NCBI RefSeq assembly: GCF_006345805.1
Contig: NC_043018.1
Span: 12,152,001-12,216,000, forward strand
Direction: 5' to 3'
DNA: 64,000 bases
From: Octopus sinensis
Taxonomy: Eukaryota
The translations under genes were made by a program, and so were the position numbers. This document shows, one piece after another, positions 56,201 to 64,000 of the stretch (the stretch's first letter is position 1; each line of letters opens with the position of its first letter). The notes beneath the pieces are model-generated. The model was not told where the DNA came from, made no database searches, and saw only the letters and a list, made by a program, of their open reading frames with translations.

Positions 56201-59200
56201 CTGTCTTATTTTGGTCACAACAAGTAGACTCCTTTTCCAATGTTCTGCTGACACAGAGCTTCTTAAATGTACAGGTAATTATATATAAAGAATAAAAGAA
56301 AAGAAAAAAGAAGAACCAAGTCACTTACCTGACTGGCACATTTTTGTGTGGTTTGTACATCTCCTAACAGTAAACTGGTGTCTTGTAACCAACTGAGAAG
56401 GTAAGGATACTGTAGGTAGAGCTCCAGCAGAGTATGTTGGTAGAGATTTGAGAGTGAACTGGAAATACAGAGGCAGAAGAAACAGATACATAGAGAGGCA
56501 GGGAGATTAGACAAGTCTTCATCGTTTAACGTCCGCTTTCCATGCTGGCATGGGTTGGACGGTTTGACTGAGGGCTGGTGAGCCAGAGGATGCACCAGGC
56601 TCCAATCTGATCTGGCAGAGTTTCTACAGCTGGATGCCCTTCCTAACGCCAACCAATCCGAGAGTGTAGTGGGTTCTTTTACGTGTCACTGGTATAAGGG
56701 CCAGTCAGGTGGTTCTGGCAACGACCATACTCGAATGGTGCTTTTTACATGCTACCTGCACGGGAGCCAGTCTGGTGGCACTGGCAACAGCTCGAATGTT
56801 GTTTTTCATGTGCCACCGGTACATGTGCTGATAAGGCAATGCTGGCAATGATCACGCTCGAATGGTGCTTTTCACGTGTCACTGGCATGGGAGCCAATCC
56901 GTTGCCCTGGCAACGATCACACTTGGATGTGCTTTTAACATTCCACTGGCACAAGTGCCAATCAGGAGGCACTGTCACCAGCCACGTCAGCGATTTTGAT
57001 TTATAGAAATAATTAACACTAATCAACCAAGAAAGAAAGAAATAACGAGGAGGAGGAGAGAGAGGAGGATTGGCTCACCTGGAACTGAGAGCATATTTTT
57101 CCGTGTGTCTCACCAAACCCTTCAATTTAGTATCACTGTTGCTAAGACAATTCTTCACTAACTCAATACGACAATTGATCACAGAGGCAGAGTCATTGGA
57201 GACTTTCTGGTCAGAGATGTCTTCTCCTTCTTCCGTTTCCTGCAGACAAGATTCACTCGCCTCCTGTACAACATAGTCCACAACTGTACAGATTTGCTCA
57301 AGTCTCAACCCAAGAACATCATCTGAAGTGAAACTCTGAAGAAAAAGAAAACAAAAATGAAAAATAAAAAATTTTCAATTCATGGAACAATAATTACTTA
57401 AAAGGAAACAACGTTTGATGCATCTCACGGATTTTTGTCAGTGGAGAGGTCATTGTAGTCTCAAAGCGACAAAAATATTTTGACAAATTAAATTTAAATG
57501 TTGAAGAGAATCTAACGGTTTTTGTGTGTTTCTTAAATGGCTTATAAACACCTTCCACGCTGCAATTGTTTTCATTCCAGCACACAATCTCAGATCAGGT
57601 CACTTGCTATGCAAGTACATCTCTGTAAATGTTTGAAAGTTATATCAAATTATCAGAAAAGAAAGAAAACTAAAAAGCTCCAGCTTCCAAGGTGGAGGGA
57701 GTATTTGAGAAGGGATAAAAGAAGATAGTGATGATAAACTCTCAAGGTACAAAAAGGTGAGCATAAGAGAGGATACAGAGAGTGGGCCATGAGTGGAGTG
57801 GTGGGAATAGATACTTTGTTAAAAGTATCAGGGAGAGCAAGAGACGGAAAGTGATGAAGGTAGATGTGAATGTAGCAAGTGATGAACAAGGGTGGAGGCA
57901 GGGTGGATGGACACGGCTCAGGAGAAATAGGTGAGAAGGCAAGTGGGTGATATGTAAGGGGTGTAAGAGTAGCGAGAAAAGAAATGCGGAGTACATAAGG
58001 GTGGCAATAGAAAATGGTGCACACTGGTGGATATGAGAGGGTGCATGTGAGGTATAAAAATGGAGTATGATAGAGGAGAGATACCTGAAGGCAGAGAAAG
58101 GTGACCAGTGAAAATAGTGTGGGTGAGGAAGGGAGGATGATGGGAATAAGAAATGGGAGTGGTTTCAGGGGGTGAGGAGCTAACTGGTAGTGAAAAGAAA
58201 AAAAGGGAGGAGTAATATGTGCCAGTATTTCCCTCAAGTGACGAGTCACTAAAAAGTGCCATGGACAGAGGAGTGATGGAGGGCTGGGTGTTAGAGGAAT
58301 GCTTGATGGGGCAGAATAAATTGCAAGTGTAACCAGAATGCTTTTAGGGCATCATTTAAGCTGTGGTGGGCAGGTCTTCTCAAGCAAACAGCCAATCCTC
58401 TCAGTCATTTGTTGTCTTCTCCGTGGGCTGAGTATCTCTACTTCTCTGACGTCTTCCTGGCCCTCCCCATTCCACAAGTTCCTTCCACTTTGAGCAACCA
58501 GCACTTCTTTACACAATTGTCCTCATCCATACGCATCACATACTTCCATAGACAGGAGTGAAGTTAACTTAGTTGATTCAGTTGAATATTCCAGTCAACA
58601 AAAGAGAATAAAAAGGGGTGTAAAATGTACCAACCTTTTGACCTTTTCTTTCTTGTCCTTGCCACAACTTTGGAATGTGAATACAGGCCCAAAGGAAGTC
58701 GAGCACAGAGGTTGGGTCATGCCTGCAACAGAAAACAGTAAAGGAAACATACACTAAATATGTGTGTGTGTGTGTATATAGATATGCATATATATAATGT
58801 GTATCTTTTATCTTTCTTTTACCTGTTTCAGTCACTAGACTGTGGCCATGCTGGGGCACCACCTTGAATTTTTGGTCGAATGAGTCAACCCCGGTACTTA
58901 TTTCTCAAGCCTGGTACTTATTCTATTAGTCTCTTTTGCTGAAACACTAAGTTACGGGGACTTAAACACACCAACACAGACACACACATATAGATATATA
59001 CATACATATATACGATGGGCTTTTTTCGGTTTCCGTCTAACAAATCTACTGACAAAACTTTGGTCAGCCTGGGGCCGCTTGGTAGAAGACACTTGCGCAA
59101 GGTGCCATGCAATGGGAAAGAAATATGAGAGGTAACACAGGAAGGGGAGATGTTGTTCAGCACCTGAACAAAAATGCTCCCAGGATCGTTTGGTAACAGG

Positions 59201-62200
59201 TGTCATAATAGTTGTTCTTGCTTTTAACCTACCATCATTCATACCTGTTAGAACTGTTCAGGTTGTTGTTTCTACTGGTGGGGTAGGAGTAAGGGAGCAT
59301 TGTACCCGAAAGTGTTTGGGGTGTTGTAAATAGAAGCATTACGAGCATTGTGGACTTGAGCATTACTGATACTGCAGCTATAAATGGAAGAGAGAGAGGC
59401 GGGGGGTAAGTGGGTTGCTTTGTGGTTTAGTTAGTCCAGAGAGTGGGGAGAGAAATGAAAGGGCGGCGAGATAAAGGGTTTAACAACATCCCGGGAGTTC
59501 AACTCCTTGCTCAATTTTTCCTGTTTTCTACTAAATACGACTTACTATCCCGGATTTAAATGCTGGGACACTTAAGCAACATTTAGCTCCCTTGTAATTA
59601 TTCCCCTGGATTTTTCCTTTAAATTGTAAACTCTACATATTTATATATAATATGCTTCAATCAACATACACTCTCTCACTCATTACATCTATAGAAGTAG
59701 AGGTATAAAAAGAATGACAGACTTATGCTGAGACAGCAACACTAAGAGAGGCAACAATTAAGAGGCAGTCGGTTATCAAATAAGAAGATCACAGAAAAAG
59801 AATATAAAAGGTGAAAAAAAAAACCCCCACAAAATAGGGAAACCAGGTGACTTACTTGATGTGTTCGTCAGTCTGCAACAGGTAACTGATACACCTGTGT
59901 AAGGTACCCCAGTGGCTTTGGTGAGTAAGCAGGGCCAAGAGGTATGCCTGCTGTTGGCGTGGACGACCCTTAAAGGATTCCTTCACCATGCTGTTGCTTA
60001 AGTGACCGTCAGAGTAGTTGCTAGGCACAGAGTTCATGTCATTGGTGGTAGACGGCAGCATCTTAGATGATGATGATGATGATTCGGATTGTTGTTGTTG
60101 TTGTTTTGTAAATAGCAGCAACATCTGCAGATCTGGAGCATTGTGGATTACTTCAGGATCAATGAGTTCCAACCAGTCAACAAACAGCCAAGCAGCTGAT
60201 GATGGCACTGCCAATCTGGAGATATATTTAAAGAGAGTGTGTGACTAAAAGTTGTCCCTGCAAATCTGGAGATCCCTTTAACGACACCACAAATAACGAT
60301 CCCGACAAAAGTTAGCTTCCCATTCAGAAAATATAGTCTAACTTACCCCAACTGATTGTCTTTCAACATTCTGCAGGCAACTTTGGTTATGGAACACATC
60401 TTCTGAGTTTTTATTTGATTCTTCATGCAACATTCAACCACAGACTCAAACAATGGATCTTTCTCTAAACCAAGTTTTTTGAAATCTAGTCAAAAGAAAG
60501 CAAGTCAAAATATACATCGAAATCAACCCCATTCTGAAACAGAAGATTACTTTTTGTATAAGAGGAATATTCTGAAGTAAACTGATCCAAATATATTGAG
60601 ACCCTTTCCTTTATAGTAAGACACCTACCTCTATTCCTCTATTATACTTTAACCCCTCAACTGGCACAAGCCACTTCCCTCAGCATCACACTCTCTCCCA
60701 GCTAAGGTGTGCAAGTTACTTGGTGACCCTGTCGGTGCTGGTGCCACATAAAAAGCACCCTGTACGCTCTGTAAAGTGGTTGGCATGTTAGGAAAGGCAT
60801 CCAGCCATAGAAACAACAAGCAGACAACACAGCCTGGTGCAGTTCTCTGGAGTCAAACCATCCAGCCGATGTCAGCATGGAAGAAGGATATTAAATGATG
60901 ATCACGATGAGGAGGAAGAGGATAAGCAATCATCCAATCACCAGTTTGCTAAGACTATTTAAATGTTTTCCTTTTTTCTTCTCATTATCAAAATACTCAC
61001 CTGATACAGTTTTATCTTCTTCAAGTTCTTTGTTAGAATTGAAGATTTTTGAAGCTACGGTTTGTATTTCTGATGCTCCTGCTTGTTGCTTGGAGGAATG
61101 GTGACAGTAAGATACCATGTACTGATTAACCACAGCTGCCACTGGAGATCTGTGACCTTTACACAAAGACCAGAGTTGTTCCATCATTTGTCTTAACGAA
61201 TCCTGTAGTTGTCGCTGTAAAGTAAGAAATACAGAAATTAATAAACGGATAAAAAAATTTGTTTCTGTTTCGGGTGCAAATGTAAAGCTAGTTTCTTACA
61301 AACAAGAAACTAACATTTGGTACATAAAGTAAAAAAACCAAAAAAAAAACCACATTTAAAAATGTATTTAAAAAAAAAACTCAGTACAGAGAAATACATT
61401 TATTAATAGTTGTTACTGTTTAGCCCAAGAGAAATCTTGATACAGCCCTAGTGTCACCCGGGTTAACACCACTTACCTCTTGGGTGCCTTTAACATAATC
61501 CACTCTGTGGCAAACATTCAAGCCCAGTGGAGGAAGGATAATTTCCTCCCCTCCACCCACTAGTTTTGAAGATGCAGAAAAAAGGTCAAACGATGTACTT
61601 TATCTAAACTATCAAAATATCTTTATCCATATATATATATATAAAGCTGAAGTTGTCTGTGTGTGGCAGGTTTGGTAGCCTTCAATTAACACTATCTCCT
61701 CCAAGACCCTGCGGCGCAAGCTGACCAAAATTGAGAGTATGTTAGAAGAAGGCTTGCTCTTCATTCCATAGAAGATAAAATTCAAATCGGACCATGTTAA
61801 CACCAAAAATTATTTACATCAAAAAGGTGCTTTTTGTTTATGAAGACCCCTATTTTTTACAATTTTTTGACTGCTGTGTCGCCCTTTTTTGGTGTATTTC
61901 AACCAGAAAAATGTTCTCTTAAAGAGAATAACAAACTACATAATGCAAAAGTTTTACTTTTCAAAAATTCCAATTCTAAAGGGTTGAAACAGACCCGAGC
62001 AACGCCAGGCGATACTGCTAGTTTAAATACATTTTCTCACAGACCAAAAGTTTTTGAAAGGTTTGTCTTTCAACTATAACATATATGTATGAATAATTAT
62101 GTGTAATTTTTTTTACAGGTGTGGCTATGGTAATAAGCTGGATCCTGTGCAGGTGGCACATAAAAAGCACTGTTTGAGCGTGGCCGTTGCCAGTACTGCC

Positions 62201-62621
62201 TGACTGACCCTCATGCCCGTGGCACGTATAAGCACCCACTACACTCTCGGAGTGGCTGGTGTTAGGAAGGGCATCCAGCTGTAGAAACTCTGCCAGATCA
62301 GATTGGAGCCTGGTGCAGCCATCTGGTTCACCAGTCCTCAGGTAAATCGTCCAACCCATGCTAGCATGCAAAGCGGATGTTAAACGATGATGATGATGAT
62401 ACCAATAGTTCTTCACTTCAAACAATTGTCCAGAATGCTTCTTGAATTTACAGTAAAGAGTATATTAAATTAAACAACCTCAACAACCTAATGATAAAAA
62501 TTAACGAGATCACTTGATTCCTCACCTGTTTTGCAATGAGCAGCTTCAGTAAAGGGCCGGCCTTGTTTGCTGATTTCAACATCTGTTCAACAAATACTTC
62601 TTGCTGAGGAGAGTTCAATAT
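41105..62621 (-). CDS. INTS1: Integrator complex subunit 1, 3' portion (15 exons, 2340 nt, 779 aa plus stop); 5' part outside the window
   Basis: Phase-consistent GT-AG exons. Motifs match INTS1 C-terminal half: VDWLELIDPE, YLLALLTHQSHWGTLHRCI, DPTSVLDFLWACIHIPKLWQG, RKLAAEHPLLILRQLPLIAALLQGKTH, DLSVLKSLLAGLSLP, SALRNLAEF, ISEALQLL. Confidence 0.95.
42638..42747 (-). CDS. INTS1: INTS1 exon (NGSQYVPVLVQCLGDDSPDIVISALRNLAEFVALCQ)
   Basis: Acceptor ttttttgtacag, donor gtaaag, 110 nt, phase 2-1. Confidence 0.94.
43267..43398. repeat. 35-bp minisatellite x about 3.7 (CCCCATGTGTCACCCCAGTGGTCTCTCCACGATTA)
   Basis: ATGTG starts at 43271, 43306, 43341, 43376. Confidence 0.95.
44243..44550 (+). mobile_element. 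tRNA-derived SINE family E
   Basis: Head GGCTCAATGGTTAAAG...GAGTTCAAATCC plus CTTGAGCAAGACACTTTATTTCA. Confidence 0.78.
45639..45853. mobile_element. piggyBac-type MITE (215 bp)
   Basis: TTAA|CCCTTTCGTTAC...GTAACGAAAGGG|TTAA: perfect 12-bp TIR and TTAA TSD. Confidence 0.93.
45880..45971 (-). CDS. INTS1: INTS1 exon (ADLKRLMADLNDECRSYAYTMVMRSIRQNPS)
   Basis: Acceptor ctctttaccag, donor gtaaga, 92 nt, phase 0-2. Confidence 0.92.
46010..46540 (-). mobile_element. Three tandem SINE family C copies
   Basis: Repeated GTCGATTACATCGACCCCAGT...CTGGTACTT...GAAAGG...GAATTTGAACTCAGAA. Confidence 0.85.
46555..47640 (-). mobile_element. 5'-truncated RTE LINE (same family as 380-1525)
   Basis: MLHGSETWAV...RQLDWNGRV...VEGACGRGRPKKTWDEVVKHDL (47058-47420), then modular UTR and tail. 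Confidence 0.9.
47521..47619. repeat. 33-bp in-frame triplication inside the RTE ORF (GDQVSSRGGWS x3)
   Basis: Units start at 47521, 47554, 47587. Confidence 0.92.
47895..48485. mobile_element. Two RTE 3'-tail copies in opposite orientation (47895-48030 minus, 48270-48485 plus)
   Basis: (CAT)n...TTCCTAATGCCAA versus TTGGCGTTAGGAAGGGCATCC...(GAT)n; another + tail at 47665-47730. Confidence 0.88.
48536..48606 (-). CDS. INTS1: INTS1 exon (EILGVLQDLDEASKRKVNILDNFQ)
   Basis: Acceptor ttttttctacag, donor gtaaca, 71 nt, phase 1-0. Confidence 0.92.
49130..49490 (-). mobile_element. RTE RT N-terminal fragment
   Basis: [40 protein letters not shown]. Confidence 0.85.
50065..50279 (-). CDS. INTS1: INTS1 exon (VVSNYYPDLSVLKSLLAGLSLP...FARLSKDSPKA)
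   Basis: Acceptor ttttgttttcag, donor gtaatc, 215 nt, phase 2-1. Confidence 0.94.
52001..52128 (-). CDS. INTS1: INTS1 exon (NHGQEYKNLSSIIVKFIQFLQRFVLHEPNRAVHILQKYIELL)
   Basis: Acceptor tatttatag, donor gtcagt, 128 nt, phase 0-2; different frame from the listed 51924-52289 ORF. Confidence 0.92.
52632..52821 (-). CDS. INTS1: INTS1 exon (QLPLIAALLQGKTHF...LEAYFSLIK)
   Basis: Acceptor tttttccag, donor gtgagc, 190 nt, phase 2-0. Confidence 0.95.
53145..53367 (-). mobile_element. Internally deleted mariner (223 bp)
   Basis: TA|TTGGGTTGTCTGGAAAGTTCGTGCCGATTT and matching right TIR|TA; minus strand FWEEGIFKLKERWRHIVQQNGSYLVD* (mariner C-terminus). Confidence 0.92.
54069..54202 (-). CDS. INTS1: INTS1 exon (LDHISHRLLSALG...RKLAAEHPLLILR)
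   Basis: Acceptor ctctctccccag, donor gtgggt, 134 nt, phase 0-2. Confidence 0.94.
54470..55030 (-). mobile_element. 5'-truncated RTE LINE (ORF end plus partial UTR)
   Basis: Reverse complement of the ETW...WICNVSV...RGRPRKTWDEVVKHDL region. Confidence 0.85.
55455..55810 (+). mobile_element. Decayed RTE (BovB-like) endonuclease N-terminal fragment
   Basis: NVRTLQDS...NIDIATL...YGVGFAIK. Confidence 0.65.
56329..56458 (-). CDS. INTS1: INTS1 exon (SLSNLYQHTLLELYLQYPYLL...KCASQ)
   Basis: Acceptor tgtatttccag, donor gtaagt, 130 nt, phase 2-0. Confidence 0.92.
56518..56990 (-). mobile_element. RTE 3'-UTR copy about 60 nt upstream of an INTS1 acceptor
   Basis: CATCGTTTAACGTCCGCTTTCCATGCTGG tail plus about four modules. 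Confidence 0.9.
57079..57335 (-). CDS. INTS1: INTS1 exon (SFTSDDVLGLRLEQICTVVDYVVQEA...KYALSS)
   Basis: Acceptor tttttcttcag, donor gtgagc, 257 nt, phase 0-2. Confidence 0.9.
57405..57630 (+). mobile_element. Single copy of the 17502-17822 repeat family with a decayed hammerhead-like motif (57434-57487)
   Basis: TTTGTCA-GTGGAGA...GCGAC-AAAA-ATATTT-TGACAAA followed by ATGGCTTATAAACACCTTCC. Confidence 0.75.
58320..58560 (-). mobile_element. Decayed RTE ORF 3' end
   Basis: MRMDEDNCVKKC..LKVEGTCG.GR.RKT. Confidence 0.7.
58635..58722 (-). CDS. INTS1: INTS1 exon (HDPTSVLDFLWACIHIPKLWQGQERKGQK)
   Basis: Acceptor ttttctgttgcag, donor gttggt, 88 nt, phase 2-0. Confidence 0.92.
59856..60215 (-). CDS. 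INTS1: INTS1 exon (SSAAWLFVDWLELIDPE...THQSHWGTLHRCISYLL)
   Basis: Acceptor tatctccag, donor gtaagt, 360 nt, phase 2-2. Confidence 0.95.
60347..60485 (-). CDS. INTS1: INTS1 exon (DFKKLGLEKDPLFESVVECCMKNQ...DNQLG)
   Basis: Acceptor ctttcttttgactag, donor gtaagt, 139 nt, phase 1-2; needed to reconcile the phases of the flanking exons; absent from the ORF track. Confidence 0.8.
60700..60905 (+). mobile_element. Degenerate RTE 3'-UTR copy
   Basis: Module plus GGTTGGCATGTTAGGAAAGGCATCCAGCC tail. Confidence 0.75.
61001..61214 (-). CDS. INTS1: INTS1 exon (RQLQDSLRQMMEQLWSLC...EDKTVS)
   Basis: Acceptor cttactttacag, donor gtgagt, 214 nt, phase 0-1; weakly conserved region. Confidence 0.8.
61626..62021 (+). 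mobile_element. Non-autonomous Helitron (396 bp)
   Basis: A|TC start, CTAG|T end; last 30 nt are 29/30 identical to 34401-34430. Confidence 0.85.
62105..62400 (+). mobile_element. RTE 3'-UTR copy with (GAT)n tail
   Basis: Two modules plus conserved tail. Confidence 0.9.
62526..62621 (-). CDS. INTS1: INTS1 exon (ILNSPQQEVFVEQMLKSANKAGPLLKLLIAKQ)
   Basis: Acceptor ttttcag, donor gtgagg, 96 nt, phase 0-0. Confidence 0.82.
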
Positions 62622-64000
62622 CTGAAAAGAAAAAAGAAAAAAGGAAGGAATTTGCAACTGAATGTTTCACTGGCTTTATTCTTTCAATACAAACCTGCCA
62701 AAGACCATCTGTAAGTTCCTACTTATCAAAGCACCCACAACTGCCGATATATAAAAATCTTGCGATTGATATAAAGCTATAATGTAAGATCTCAGTCAAT
62801 AAACATATATTGTGTTTCAAACATGAATGCGAGCAATAATTTTTTTTTTTTTAAATTATCTATTTTGCTGCTAAACCTATGCAAATTTTTGATTATTTTG
62901 AGCTGTGAATTTGGGTTTGAGATGAAAGGTCATGAAAGTGTCAAAACGAACACGTGCACACACACACACACGGTACCTTGAGTGAGCATCTTCTACAACA
63001 GCCTTGTGAGTGGATTTGGTAGAAAACTGAACGCCCATGTATATATTTGTGCATTGTGAAATGAAATTCTTTTGTGGCATAAACTGCGATGCCACTAACC
63101 TGCCAAGTATGATAAACAATAGAATTGGATGGCAACAGAGAATCGCGGGAATCCATGCAAACCACATGAATGAATTATGATGAAGATGATAACCAAAATT
63201 TGAAACCATTGTTGTTATTCTCCGCTGAAGACTGTATATTGCTCAAAAGCAAATACCATCATGAGTGTTATCCAGGCTCCAGTGGAAAAGTGAACCACTG
63301 AATTTGGTTAAAAAGAGACGATGAGCAACAACTAGAAGAATATTGAGTGAAACCAAGAAACCAGATGATCTCACAAATAATTTCACATTGCGTTTGTTGA
63401 ATATTTTATGGTATCTATGTGTACGTAAAAAGAACTTATTGAGGGCCCTAAAGAAGATGTCAGGTATTATCTGTAGCAATGTTCAGTGCAAGGGAGTGGG
63501 GCTAAACCAGAATTTCAGTTTTACTTATGTGTGTTTTCTTTATATGTACAATCATACATAAAAGAATAGCCAAACATTAATTGAAAACTGAATAGATTTG
63601 GGTGAAACATTTTTACAAAGGAAAAATGTTGACAGTGACTTCAAAGTTTGGCCATGGACTAGTTTCTGATAACAGTAGAAGCAACTATCAAATAAAAAAA
63701 ACTCAAGGTGCAAACTCTTAAGATCCTGTTGAAAATTGTCATATTTATAATGGTTTTGTTACAGAAGTGAATGACAGACGAAGGAATTAGAGTTTTTTCC
63801 CTTTATCTTAAGAAGTTCTTCACTTCCTCCAAAAGCAATGTAAACAACTCGAGTGCAATTTATGTAACAACATGTTTCATGAACAGATGAGCAATGTAGA
63901 CCCAGATGACATTGTATCATGTAGAAAGTTAGGAGTTAATCACCGGCTGAATGTTTCAATTTTGTCAGATTTGCTCAGACATGATCGGTAAACACAAACC

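Noticed and set aside
60993-61010. ATACTCACCTGATACAG, similar to the U1 snRNA 5' end
   Set aside because: It is the reverse complement of an INTS1 exon/donor junction; no U1 body follows
8216-62525. Minor (U12-type) introns
   Set aside because: All 22 introns are GT-AG with U2-type donors; no RTATCCTT donor was seen
8138-62621. Functional link or operon-like system between NARFL and INTS1
   Set aside because: Convergent housekeeping genes from unrelated pathways; nothing in the sequence supports co-function
63240-63561. ORFs that might be a further INTS1 exon or a LINE endonuclease
   Set aside because: No convincing splice sites or motif match in either reading

Overview
AT-rich, intron-rich animal DNA. 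The repeat landscape and protein sequences point to a coleoid cephalopod, probably Octopus (inference). Two protein-coding genes lie tail-to-tail. (1) A complete NARFL/CIAO3 gene (Nar1/IOP1, [FeFe]-hydrogenase-like cytosolic Fe-S assembly factor) on the + strand: 9 coding exons, 8138-34869, 1461 nt, 486 aa, all splice phases consistent. (2) The 3' part of INTS1 (Integrator subunit 1) on the - strand: 15 coding exons, 62621 down to the stop at 41105, 779 aa; the 5' part lies beyond the right edge of the window. The rest is mostly mobile-element debris: RTE LINE fragments with a modular 3' UTR, R4/Dong-like LINE fragments, several tRNA-derived SINE families, a Gypsy remnant, Tc1/mariner and piggyBac MITEs, non-autonomous Helitrons and microsatellites. 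The most notable hidden signal is a set of type I hammerhead-ribozyme motifs from three different repeat families. One family is a Penelope-like element with a GIY-YIG remnant and two inverted canonical-core hammerheads (3497-4225). The other two are presumed Penelope-like: a G3:C8 core variant inside a 117-bp-arm palindrome in NARFL intron 1 (17562-17612), and an A6U minimal variant in a (TA)n tract (39421-39462). A repeat-free, CpG-retaining block in NARFL intron 1 (about 10.2-12.8 kb) may hold a nested antisense gene. All coordinates were read by hand; repeat boundaries are approximate and family names were not checked against any database.
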